Sequence record: MW248466.1
Length of the DNA stretch: 64,000 nt
Reading direction: 5' to 3' (one strand)
The notes under the pieces are model-generated. The model was given only the letters and a program-made list of their open reading frames with translations. It had not been told where the DNA came from and searched no databases. The position numbers were made by a program, and so were the translations under genes. This document shows, in pieces, positions 9,851 through 19,535 of this stretch (its first letter is position 1; every line of letters begins with the position of its first letter).

Positions 9851-12016
9851 TTATTTATTAATTCTACTGTATATATGGCAAAATGTTATGTCATCTAAAT
9901 TTACTGTTTCATTTAATAATCTTTCTTTCCAGTTCTCTCCAAGATCATATATCATTTCTGATAATAATTTCTCTGTGTAGTTCTGTAAAGGAACTAGTTT
10001 AGCATCATATTTACTGAATTTTTGTATATAGTTTTCATAACTTAAATCATCAGATACATATTTAATAGATTCAAATATATAAGGTTTAAATATCATATAT
10101 CTATCAAAGTCCATATCATCATGAATCATTAATAATTTAGGTAAATAATAAGATTCAATAGGTACTTTAATTTCTAATCCTTGAATATTATTTTTATAAT
10201 GAACTTCATATTTTAATTTTCTATCTTTCCAATCAAAATTATTAAGAGCATAATGTATAGGTTCTTCTTCAATATAATAATCAATTCCATCATTACTATA
10301 TAATTGAACACTATCAAATGATCTAGGATCATTATCTGAATCAATATTATTTAACTCATTATTTTCATTAGTCATTACATAATCTTCATATATAAAATAA
10401 TAATTTTTAATATTAGGATATACTAAAGCTTTTTTATTAACGTCTGAATGTTTCTTAACTGTATTTGAATTTATGATAAGGGAATCAAATAAGAAATTAT
10501 TTTCATCAGGTGTAGTTATTTGTATATCATTTTCTTTTCTAAGATATACTTCATTGATATACTCGTCTATATTCATTTCTGGAAATCTCTTATATAAACC
10601 TAATGTACATAAATTATTATGATCTTCATGAACTTTAGCAATATAATTTTTACCATTAATATTTACTACAGCTTCTTCTTGTTTAAAATTCTTTATTTGA
10701 TTGTTATTAAATTTTCTTCTAAATAATATTTTGAAATCATACATTCCAGATTCAGATAAAGAAACACTATTTTTAATAGTTCCTGTAGTTAAAGAAAACT
10801 TATCAGATAAACTACTAACTTCTTCTATATTTGTGACTCTATTATCTATTCTAAAGGTTTCTAAAGTTTTACCAGTTCCCTGATTGTAAGAATCATTATC
10901 TATATAGAAATCTTTAATAGGTACTATAGTTCTGGTTCCTACTTTGAAGTAATTTTCTTGTTTAGAATAGAAAGGATTTTTGGCTTCAGGAACTTCAACT
11001 TCTTCTAGTAATATAACGTTTATATCATTTTCTTTAGTAGAGAAGTTTTTATCATATTCAAATTTAAATGTATGAGTTCCTTCCTCCAAGTATATTGGTG
11101 GCTCTTCAAAATATTCATCTTTATCATCATCATATTTTTCTAATATAGATCTAAACCATAATAAACTTTTATTCGTAGGAGTTCTAAAATAACTTCCCAC
11201 ATTATCTATAAACACTTTATTCACTGTACCATTATTATAATGATTTCCAGCTTTAAATCTTACTTCATAATGGGATGATTTAGGAATATTAATTTTCATT
11301 TCTAATATTCCATCTTCTATAGTCACATATCCTTTTCCTAAGAATCTGTCATAACCTGAATCTCTCTTATAAGCTCCATCAAATTCACTTTCTCTAGTTC
11401 TATAAACATCACCTAAATATGCATCATAGAATATTCTTCCATCTTCTACTAATCCATTATATATAATACCATCTATTAATTCAGATTCTTTTAATATTTT
11501 TTGATTAAACGCATAGTCTTTAGGATAATTATTATTATCTTTATAGACTGGTGGATAAGGTTCAATTTTCACCTCACTTTCTACCAGATTGTTAAAATTT
11601 AAATCTTCATACTCAATATTACCTATATAATTGGTATCATATATTCTTTCCATTTTACCTAAATAATTATAATATATTGTAAATAGATCATACTTTAATT
11701 CACCAATTAATTCATAAGGTCTTTCTTCATATACTAAAACATCTTTAGTTAATTCATTTTGATTTAATATAGGATTTTCAATCCCATATTCTTTTTTAAT
11801 ATATGAAGCTGATTCAAATAAATTAACCTCACCATCTTCTTTAAAAGATAATTTATTATATTCATCAGAATCAAATTCTATTTTTAATAATAATTTTTCT
11901 TTCTTTTTAGTTTTAGTTGTAATTAATGGTCTATTTTCATTATCTTTAATTTTAGTAATGACAATTTCACCATTATTATTTTTATCAATTAATTCTTCTA
12001 TTCTATAAAGCTTCAT
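9851..12016 (-). CDS. virion-associated protein with putative CBM6/35-like beta-sandwich domains
   Basis: YEVRFKAGNHYNNG...VFIDN...LEEGTHTFKFEY and SGMYDFKILF...LRKENDIQIT resemble carbohydrate-binding modules; located in tail cluster. Confidence 0.45.
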   Translation of the reverse strand: MKLYRIEELIDKNNNGEIVITKIKDNENRPLITTKTKKKEKLLLKIEFDSDEYNKLSFKEDGEVNLFESASYIKKEYGIENPILNQNELTKDVLVYEERPYELIGELKYDLFTIYYNYLGKMERIYDTNYIGNIEYEDLNFNNLVESEVKIEPYPPVYKDNNNYPKDYAFNQKILKESELIDGIIYNGLVEDGRIFYDAYLGDVYRTRESEFDGAYKRDSGYDRFLGKGYVTIEDGILEMKINIPKSSHYEVRFKAGNHYNNGTVNKVFIDNVGSYFRTPTNKSLLWFRSILEKYDDDKDEYFEEPPIYLEEGTHTFKFEYDKNFSTKENDINVILLEEVEVPEAKNPFYSKQENYFKVGTRTIVPIKDFYIDNDSYNQGTGKTLETFRIDNRVTNIEEVSSLSDKFSLTTGTIKNSVSLSESGMYDFKILFRRKFNNNQIKNFKQEEAVVNINGKNYIAKVHEDHNNLCTLGLYKRFPEMNIDEYINEVYLRKENDIQITTPDENNFLFDSLIINSNTVKKHSDVNKKALVYPNIKNYYFIYEDYVMTNENNELNNIDSDNDPRSFDSVQLYSNDGIDYYIEEEPIHYALNNFDWKDRKLKYEVHYKNNIQGLEIKVPIESYYLPKLLMIHDDMDFDRYMIFKPYIFESIKYVSDDLSYENYIQKFSKYDAKLVPLQNYTEKLLSEMIYDLGENWKERLLNETVNLDDITFCHIYSRINK

Positions 12017-12046
12017 TGTAATAGCTCAACTCTCTTCTATAATATT

Positions 12047-13498
12047 TTATGATAATAAACTTCCAATAGGACTGTTAGGATGAGGGTTTGCTTTAGACTT
12101 ATAACCATAAATAGTATCATCTATTTGTTGTTTAAATACTCTTCCTTTTAATACTTGCATACTTCTTGAATATTGATTTTGCATATTAATTTGAGCTTTA
12201 TCTATAATTGATAGTTGATCTCTTCTAATACCTGCTAAACAATCAATGTAAGAGATTAAACCTGTATTAAATTTCATACGTTGGAATGATTTTGATGCCA
12301 TTAAGTTAGGATACATATCTCTTATATTTAGTGATATTGTTATTTCTCTAGGAAAACCATCAGCTGTCCATGTACCTTCTTCTCCACGAACTATATTCAT
12401 TGAAGTTATAATCCCTGTATGACATTCAAATCTGCCAGGACAATTTGCTCTAACAATGAATGGTTGTTTATATGAGAAAATAGAATCTTGTAAAGGTAAA
12501 GCTAATACTAATAATGACATGAATGGTAGATATACATTTTCAAAGATAGATTGAGGATCTCCATACGCACTGTAGAATTTAAATTCTAAATTATAAGTAC
12601 GATCAAAAGTTGAGTTCATCCAAACATCAGGGTAATACATTGATGCACCATCTAAATTTTCCATAAAGTTACCAACTATACCACCTAATACTGGCATACT
12701 TGAAACCATGTCATTAATACTATCTTTAATAGATCTTGTAATTTTACCTAAAATAGAAGCTCCTCCAATACGAGCCATTTCTTTTTCTTCACGTATTTCT
12801 TGGTTTTTATTATTAATTTGAGAAGCTATATCAGATTGATTATACTCATGCATTGCTGATTCAGATACACTAGTTGCCTTATCTGCATAATAAGCTAAAC
12901 CGTAGTTTTTATCATCTAAAGATCCACCCAGATCAAATGATCCTTTTAGTCCCATAGATGCGTGTAGTTGACTTCCCATAGTTTGTACATATTTATAGTA
13001 CTCACTCATTTTAGGTTCAAAACTAACCATACGTCCATCTTTAGTATTACCTATACCGACTAAACCAGCTGTAGTGTTTGCTAATTTATCTAAACCTTCT
13101 CCAAAACTCCATAGTTTACCTTCTCCCGGTTTACCAAATAGTTTACCATTTAGTTTAGGCATACCTGGCATTATAAATACTAAAGGTAAATCCAATTCAA
13201 ATGTTCTTTTATATATTCTTCTATTAGGATCATCTAAACTAGAATAATACATTGGCATTCCAAATACATCTAGTTCACCTTTAACATTTCTTAATTGAGT
13301 TTTATCAGAAGCTCCATATTCAGAAATATCACGAGTATTACCTGTGGCATCTTTAAATACACCTAAATCATTTTGACTAGGATCATATTCTTGAAAATCA
13401 TAATCGCCTTTAGTTTCATCGGGTTTAGGTATTAAAGCCATATCATCGTCACTAATATCTAATGGTTTCGTATCATTTTTTTCTTTTTCCTCTGCCAA
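12047..13498 (-). CDS. baseplate/tail-tube initiator-like protein (T4 gp48/54-like)
   Basis: FDRTYNLEFKF...LALP...PFIVR...IITSMNIVRG...DGFPREITISLNIRD pattern; TTG start. Confidence 0.5.
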   Translation of the reverse strand: MAEEKEKNDTKPLDISDDDMALIPKPDETKGDYDFQEYDPSQNDLGVFKDATGNTRDISEYGASDKTQLRNVKGELDVFGMPMYYSSLDDPNRRIYKRTFELDLPLVFIMPGMPKLNGKLFGKPGEGKLWSFGEGLDKLANTTAGLVGIGNTKDGRMVSFEPKMSEYYKYVQTMGSQLHASMGLKGSFDLGGSLDDKNYGLAYYADKATSVSESAMHEYNQSDIASQINNKNQEIREEKEMARIGGASILGKITRSIKDSINDMVSSMPVLGGIVGNFMENLDGASMYYPDVWMNSTFDRTYNLEFKFYSAYGDPQSIFENVYLPFMSLLVLALPLQDSIFSYKQPFIVRANCPGRFECHTGIITSMNIVRGEEGTWTADGFPREITISLNIRDMYPNLMASKSFQRMKFNTGLISYIDCLAGIRRDQLSIIDKAQINMQNQYSRSMQVLKGRVFKQQIDDTIYGYKSKANPHPNSPIGSLLS

Positions 13499-13539
13499 TA
13501 TTATTCACTTCCTTTAATTTCATTTATTTTGAAATAATA

Positions 13540-13579
13540 TATGCGGATATGACATATAATAAACTGTCATATCCGCATA
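13540..13579. terminator. perfect 15-bp stem hairpin between tail genes
   Basis: TATGCGGATATGACA...TGTCATATCCGCATA. Confidence 0.55.
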
Positions 13580-13629
13580 ATCTTTACTATATAAAAGAGA
13601 TGTTCTTCTATTTATTCAAATCATTAACT

Positions 13630-16600
13630 TTATTTACCTGAAAATACTGGTATAGCAGATCTCACGTCAATATTGAATTGATCTCCATAAGCTCTATTAA
13701 TAGCTTCTTGAAGATCAGAATCTCCTTGTGAAGGTCCATTATTATTACCAGGGTTGATAATAATAGTATCTCCATTTCCATTATTGTCACCTGTACCAGG
13801 ATTATATGGATCATTAGGATTAACAATGACATTTCCATTATTTCCGTTATTACCATTGTTTCCATTTTGTCCGTTATTACTATTATTGCCATTTTGTCCG
13901 TTATTACCGTTGCTACCATTATTTCCATTTGCACCATTGATAATATCTGGATTATTTTGTAAATTATCTTTAATGATTTTATCAATTTCTTTATTAATTT
14001 CTTTGATAATTACATTACCTTTAGAATCAACTAAGTCACCTTTATTATTGATAGTTGTGTTATTAAAGATATTGTCACCTTTATTAATAGTAGTGTTATT
14101 ACCTTTAAATGACATTTTTCTAAGTTGATCTAACATCTTAGCTGTATTCTTATCAATATTACTTGTATGCTTAGTAATTTCATCTAAATCCATACGTTTT
14201 TGCTTATCAACTTTCATAGGTCCATTTTTGTAAGATACTGTAGAGTTATTATAATTATTAGTAATATTATAAATATTTCTTACAGTATTATTATCACCTT
14301 GAATTGTTTGATGAGTAGTAGAATTGTTGGTTGTAGTTCCCGGTGAAGTATAGTTATTATTAACTATGGTAGAATTAGTATTCCCCCCATTATTAATTAC
14401 AGTACTTCCGCCAGAAGAACTTCCTGATCCTTGTTGTTGAGATTGACCTGGCATTGATGAAGATGATCCATCTTGACCAGTTGCACCAGATTGACCATCA
14501 GAACCACTAGATCCTGATGAACCAGAGTCTCCTGATTCACCATCTTCTCCATCAGATCCTGATGAACCTGATTCAGATTTCTTCTTACCAGCTTCAGATT
14601 TAAGCTTTTCTTGTTGTTCTTGATCTATTTTTTTGGCTTCTTCGTAATCAATACCATATATTTGAGCGTAACGTTTCATTAAACGATCATTTAATGCTTC
14701 TTGTTCTTCTTCATCCATACGGTTATCGTCACGTCCAGTAATGGATCCGTACCAAGTACCATTTTTGAAACTATATTCTGAAGCTCCTGGTGAACCTCCT
14801 GATTCTGAACCTTCATCACTTGAGCTTCCGCTATCAGAACCTCCTTCACCATATCTCATATATCCATCAATTCCCCATTTAGGGTTTTTATATTTATTAG
14901 CGCTGTTAATAACAACACCATCAACGCCATTAGCTTCTACTTGTTTACCTCCACCAATGTACATTGTAACGTGTTCTATATTATCACATAAAATAATGTC
15001 ACCTGGTTTAAGGTCTTTGGGACTTTTAGCTTTAATTTTTTCAAAAGGCGTATCTCCATTCCAGAATGAATGAGTAGTGGCGTTTTTATCCATATCTAAA
15101 CCAGCTTTTACATAAGCTCTAGCTATCAAACTAGAACAGTCAAAAGAATTAGCTCCTTGTCTGTTAGGTTGTGAATATTTTGCACCAACCTGTTTCTTAG
15201 CCCATGCAACAGCTTTATCAATTTTGGCTTTTTGACTTCCGCCACCGCCACCGCCTCTTTGTATAGGTGGATTGCCTTTAATTATTCCTGTTCTACGTGA
15301 GCTTTTGTTTTTTCCTGATGTAGATGAAACCATGTTAGAAAATTTACTAATATCATTTGTATCAGCTATAACTGAACCGGCTCCACCTCCACCAGCTCCT
15401 CCACCTTTTTTCTTAGTAGATTTTTTACCAGAACCACTGAATTGTTTGATAAAAGCATTACCAGAAGAAATACGTGACCCTAAAGCAGGAACACCAGCTC
15501 TTTCATATTTACTTACCCAAGAAGCAGCTGCTTGTTCTACTGTTTTAGTAGTTTTAAGGTGAGATAAGGCAGCACTTTCTGATCCACTTAATTCTTTCCA
15601 TAAATAATCTAATTGTAAGTCTAAATCAGACCATTTTTTACCTTTTTCTTTAGCATATTTCATTAAACCTTGTCTACGAGTATTATCCCATTGAGCAATA
15701 CCAATACCATAACCAGAAATAGCACTATTAGCTTTTGCTTCATCAAATTTGGCATCTCCTTGAACACGATCAGCTTTCATTCCAGATTCATGTGCAAAGT
15801 TACCTAAAACACCAGCAGTTTGTTCATCAGAAAGTCCTTTATCTTTAAGGAAATTCCAAATTTTCTCTGCACCTTCACCTTCAATTCCGGCTGCATCACT
15901 TCCTGAAGATGATGCTGAACTTGATGAAGATGATCCAGAGCCAGCCATAAAACCAGCCATGATATCATTCATCATTCCTCCGAGCTTGTCAAACCAGTCT
16001 CCAATAGTGTTAACTACTTCTCCACCTGGTTCATTTATATCTAATTTAGATTTTTTCTTTTTCTTCTTACTTAGTAGAGAATAAAAAGGAGACATACGCA
16101 TCATAGTTTCTGCTAATTTCTTAGGAGCCTTTTTAAGTTTACTCATAAGATTTTTAGGCATTAATTTATTCATTTGATGACCAATTCTACCCATTACTGA
16201 TAATGGTGAATTTTTCATAGCTCCGTCTACATCTTTTTTAATGTCGTCTCTAGTTTTTCCTGCTGATTCTTCTACTTGTTTCTTAGCATCTTTGTTAGCT
16301 TTATCTGACATACCTTGCATTTCTGCTATTTCTTTTTTAGCTCTATCAGATGCTTCACTTTCAATACCTTCTTGATATGAACCTAATTCTTCTTTACTAG
16401 CTTCAGTCATTTCTTTACTCATATTTCCCATTTCTTCTTCATGACTAGAGAATTTATCTTTTAACCATCCCCAACCAGATTTAATTAATCCAGTTCCTCC
16501 TTGAAGAAGCATAGAAGTCATACCAGTTAAATTACTTAAACCTTTACCGGCTAATGCTAAAGGAGCCATCATTAACATGGAAGCTCCACCAACAACTTTC

Positions 16601-19512
16601 TTAATTAATCCACCAAAGCCGCTTGATTTTTCTTCCATAGCCATATCAGTTTGATCTCCAAAACTTTTAGCCATACCAGTAGTTTTCTGAACCATATTCA
16701 TACCTAAACCAAATGCTGGTTTTACAATTGATTTATATAATCCCACACCAGCCAATCCTAATAAAGGAGTAGAAGCTAATAATGGATTATCTTTGATAAA
16801 TCCTCCTATAATTGAAGATTTATCTGTAGAACCATTCATTTTAGTATCAACTGAAGGATCAACTGCAAAGTTTTCTCCACCAGGTTGAGTTGAATCTAAT
16901 TTTTCTTGTTCCTTTTTAGTTTTAGAAGGATGATCATTGAATCCAATAATACTACCTAATGTTTTAATTGGATGTTTTAATGAGTCTATAGGATTAGTTA
17001 TTGTTCTAATAATATCTGGACCAGCTAATGCCAATGATGCAATCTGTCCAATTCCAGGGATAGCATTTACTCCAACACGAGCACCTACTTTAGCTCCTGC
17101 TTTAAGTAATCCTTTACCTACAGCTTTTTTAGCACCTTTTCCAGCAGCCATTTTAGCAGCTCTAGCTTTAAGTTTTCCTTTAAGTTTACTACCTGCACCG
17201 GCCATTAAGGCACCGCCAGCAGCAAATTTACCAGTTAAAGAACCACCTGCACTAGTTATTTTACTACCTAATTTAGTATTAGATAATTTCCCTATTTTTT
17301 CTTTAGCAAAGTCTTTACCTTTGTTTTTATATTTATCAAATTTTTCTTTGACATGTTTATTACTATCAATAAGATCTTGAGCATCTTCCATTCTATCTAC
17401 AAGATCTTTATCATCTGAATTGTCAGAAGGTTTTGCTTGTCCATTTTCTAAAGTTTGTTCATTAGGAATAATAGTAGATCTATTATCATCATCTTTAATA
17501 TTATCATTTCTTGTATTATCAGATTGTCTACTTTGATTTGGACTAGAAGATGTTGTAGAAGTATTTTTATTTAAAGTTTGTTCTCTAGGATCTATTTCTC
17601 TAGAAATATTATCATTAGGTTGATTTACATCACTAATAATACCACTTGAATTACTATCACTAGAATTTCCGCTATATCTTCTCTCAGGTATTTTATTATT
17701 TATTCTAGATACAATTTCTTTAATTTCACTTATATCTTTATTAACGATATTAAAGTTAATATTATCGTATAATGCATCTTTGTTAGTGCTAAGAATACCA
17801 CTTCTATTTTCATTATTTAATTTAGAAGTAATGTTTTTAGAAGTGCCTTTTCTTTCATTTTCATCATTAAGAGCATTTATAGAACTACTAGATAATTTTT
17901 TCTTAATATCTTTAGATTCTTTATTTAATTGCATTCTAGTTTTAGTTAAACTAGTTTTAGCTTCTTTATCATTAAATAATTTATCTAAAAGAATATTAAA
18001 TGGATCATTCGGATCATTTGATTTAACTTGATCAAGTTCATTACTGTTATTAATATTTTTAGAAATGATTTCTTTAATTTTAGATGTAGCTTTATTTTTA
18101 TTATTTTCATTACTAAAAAGATCAATACCTATTTCAGAAGCTATATTTTCAAATTCTTTAGTAAAACTAGATTCCTTAATAGTTTTACTAACTTTTTCTT
18201 CTATATCATCTTTAATTGACTTAGAAGTTTTAAATGAACCTGAATCATAGTCATAATGAATTTCTTGTCCATCTTCTGAAGTTAAACCAACTATTTTAGA
18301 TAAATAACCAGGTATAACTGTATTAAGTGTATTATGAGTTTCTACATCAAAAGCAACTTTTTGATGTCTATCTTTTCTGTTAGCAGTTGATATACCACCA
18401 GTTACACTATCAAATATTTTATCAATTAATTTACTTTTACCTGATTTAACATCTTCAAGAAGATCATCTCTTCTTTTATCTCTTTTTATTTGTTTATCTT
18501 TATCGTTTCCATCACTAAAAGGATTAAATTTTTTATTAGCAAATTTACCGACTGCTTTTTCTATGAAAGTATTTTCATTATTAAGAAAATCAAAAGCTTT
18601 ACCTTTAGCTACATCAACTAATCCTAAACTTTTAATTCCTTGTTTTTTAGAACCAATAACTTCTTTAAGCAATTCAGTTCCTTGTGTTTTAATAAAGTCT
18701 TTAGCTTTATCTTTAAATCCTTCTTCTTGAGATCCTTCCAATATATTTGATAAAGTTATATTAGATAGGAATAAATCTTCTAATGAATTACTATTTTTAA
18801 TTTCAGATATATTTTTAATTTTAGTATTCTGTCTAATAGCATTACTAGTTTGAATTAAACCATTTAAGTTCTGGAACATACTTTCTCTAATACTATCATT
18901 AGCTTCTCTCATTAAATTAAGATTATCAATCATAGAAGTAAATCCGGTAGTATTTATTTGAGAAAGATTAGACACAGAAGAAGTTAATAAAGCTGTAGAT
19001 TTAGCAGAAGAACCACCATCATTAATAACAGTTGTAGAAGATACTATTTTAGATTTATTATTATCTTCTTCATCAAAGTCATCAAATTCAAAATCTCCAT
19101 CTAAAGAATCATCCATTTCAGAGTCCATATCTGAAAAACTATCGTCAAAACCAAAATCTTCAAAATCACCACCGACATCCATACCCATGTTATTGAAGTC
19201 TTTTAATGATCCTTTATCTTGAATTGTTTCTCCAGTTTTAAAGGTATTTTTAGTAGATTCTAAAGCTTCTTTAGATAAATCTTTAGTAGATTCACTTATC
19301 TTTTGTAATTGTTTTTTCTTTTTATTCTTTAATTCTTTAACATCTTTTAATGGATTATTTTGATCCATAATGCGTTTCATGTCATTAGACTTCATGTTAT
19401 TTAAATTTTTATTAAATTCATTATCTATATATTTTCTAGAAGATTTAGAGAAGGAGTTATTTCTAAACTCCTTCTCTATCTTGCTAGTACTAAATTTATT
19501 ATCTTTAGCCAA
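13630..19512 (-). CDS. tape-measure-like tail protein A with phage lysozyme and NlpC/P60 domains
   Basis: AGVLGNFAHESGM...GIGIAQWD (phage lysozyme 2 type, ~15490-15870); FDCSSLIARAY...EHVTMYIGGG (NlpC/P60 Cys-His, ~14860-15230); G/A-rich helical middle; S/G/N low-complexity tail. Confidence 0.8.
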   Translation of the reverse strand: MAKDNKFSTSKIEKEFRNNSFSKSSRKYIDNEFNKNLNNMKSNDMKRIMDQNNPLKDVKELKNKKKKQLQKISESTKDLSKEALESTKNTFKTGETIQDKGSLKDFNNMGMDVGGDFEDFGFDDSFSDMDSEMDDSLDGDFEFDDFDEEDNNKSKIVSSTTVINDGGSSAKSTALLTSSVSNLSQINTTGFTSMIDNLNLMREANDSIRESMFQNLNGLIQTSNAIRQNTKIKNISEIKNSNSLEDLFLSNITLSNILEGSQEEGFKDKAKDFIKTQGTELLKEVIGSKKQGIKSLGLVDVAKGKAFDFLNNENTFIEKAVGKFANKKFNPFSDGNDKDKQIKRDKRRDDLLEDVKSGKSKLIDKIFDSVTGGISTANRKDRHQKVAFDVETHNTLNTVIPGYLSKIVGLTSEDGQEIHYDYDSGSFKTSKSIKDDIEEKVSKTIKESSFTKEFENIASEIGIDLFSNENNKNKATSKIKEIISKNINNSNELDQVKSNDPNDPFNILLDKLFNDKEAKTSLTKTRMQLNKESKDIKKKLSSSSINALNDENERKGTSKNITSKLNNENRSGILSTNKDALYDNINFNIVNKDISEIKEIVSRINNKIPERRYSGNSSDSNSSGIISDVNQPNDNISREIDPREQTLNKNTSTTSSSPNQSRQSDNTRNDNIKDDDNRSTIIPNEQTLENGQAKPSDNSDDKDLVDRMEDAQDLIDSNKHVKEKFDKYKNKGKDFAKEKIGKLSNTKLGSKITSAGGSLTGKFAAGGALMAGAGSKLKGKLKARAAKMAAGKGAKKAVGKGLLKAGAKVGARVGVNAIPGIGQIASLALAGPDIIRTITNPIDSLKHPIKTLGSIIGFNDHPSKTKKEQEKLDSTQPGGENFAVDPSVDTKMNGSTDKSSIIGGFIKDNPLLASTPLLGLAGVGLYKSIVKPAFGLGMNMVQKTTGMAKSFGDQTDMAMEEKSSGFGGLIKKVVGGASMLMMAPLALAGKGLSNLTGMTSMLLQGGTGLIKSGWGWLKDKFSSHEEEMGNMSKEMTEASKEELGSYQEGIESEASDRAKKEIAEMQGMSDKANKDAKKQVEESAGKTRDDIKKDVDGAMKNSPLSVMGRIGHQMNKLMPKNLMSKLKKAPKKLAETMMRMSPFYSLLSKKKKKKSKLDINEPGGEVVNTIGDWFDKLGGMMNDIMAGFMAGSGSSSSSSASSSGSDAAGIEGEGAEKIWNFLKDKGLSDEQTAGVLGNFAHESGMKADRVQGDAKFDEAKANSAISGYGIGIAQWDNTRRQGLMKYAKEKGKKWSDLDLQLDYLWKELSGSESAALSHLKTTKTVEQAAASWVSKYERAGVPALGSRISSGNAFIKQFSGSGKKSTKKKGGGAGGGGAGSVIADTNDISKFSNMVSSTSGKNKSSRRTGIIKGNPPIQRGGGGGGSQKAKIDKAVAWAKKQVGAKYSQPNRQGANSFDCSSLIARAYVKAGLDMDKNATTHSFWNGDTPFEKIKAKSPKDLKPGDIILCDNIEHVTMYIGGGKQVEANGVDGVVINSANKYKNPKWGIDGYMRYGEGGSDSGSSSDEGSESGGSPGASEYSFKNGTWYGSITGRDDNRMDEEEQEALNDRLMKRYAQIYGIDYEEAKKIDQEQQEKLKSEAGKKKSESGSSGSDGEDGESGDSGSSGSSGSDGQSGATGQDGSSSSMPGQSQQQGSGSSSGGSTVINNGGNTNSTIVNNNYTSPGTTTNNSTTHQTIQGDNNTVRNIYNITNNYNNSTVSYKNGPMKVDKQKRMDLDEITKHTSNIDKNTAKMLDQLRKMSFKGNNTTINKGDNIFNNTTINNKGDLVDSKGNVIIKEINKEIDKIIKDNLQNNPDIINGANGNNGSNGNNGQNGNNSNNGQNGNNGNNGNNGNVIVNPNDPYNPGTGDNNGNGDTIIINPGNNNGPSQGDSDLQEAINRAYGDQFNIDVRSAIPVFSGK
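14589..14790 (-). repeat. copy 1 of ~200-bp segment shared by the two tape-measure-like genes
   Basis: Encodes PGASEYSFKNGTWYGSITGRDDNRMDEEEQEALNDRLMKRYAQIYGIDYEEAKKIDQEQQEK. Confidence 0.9.
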
Positions 19513-19535
19513 TTATTAGTTCCACCTCCTGCTAT

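Noticed and set aside
13830-13930. GN/NG tandem micro-repeats
   Set aside because: Low-complexity coding linker (NNGQNGNN) in tail protein A, not a separate element
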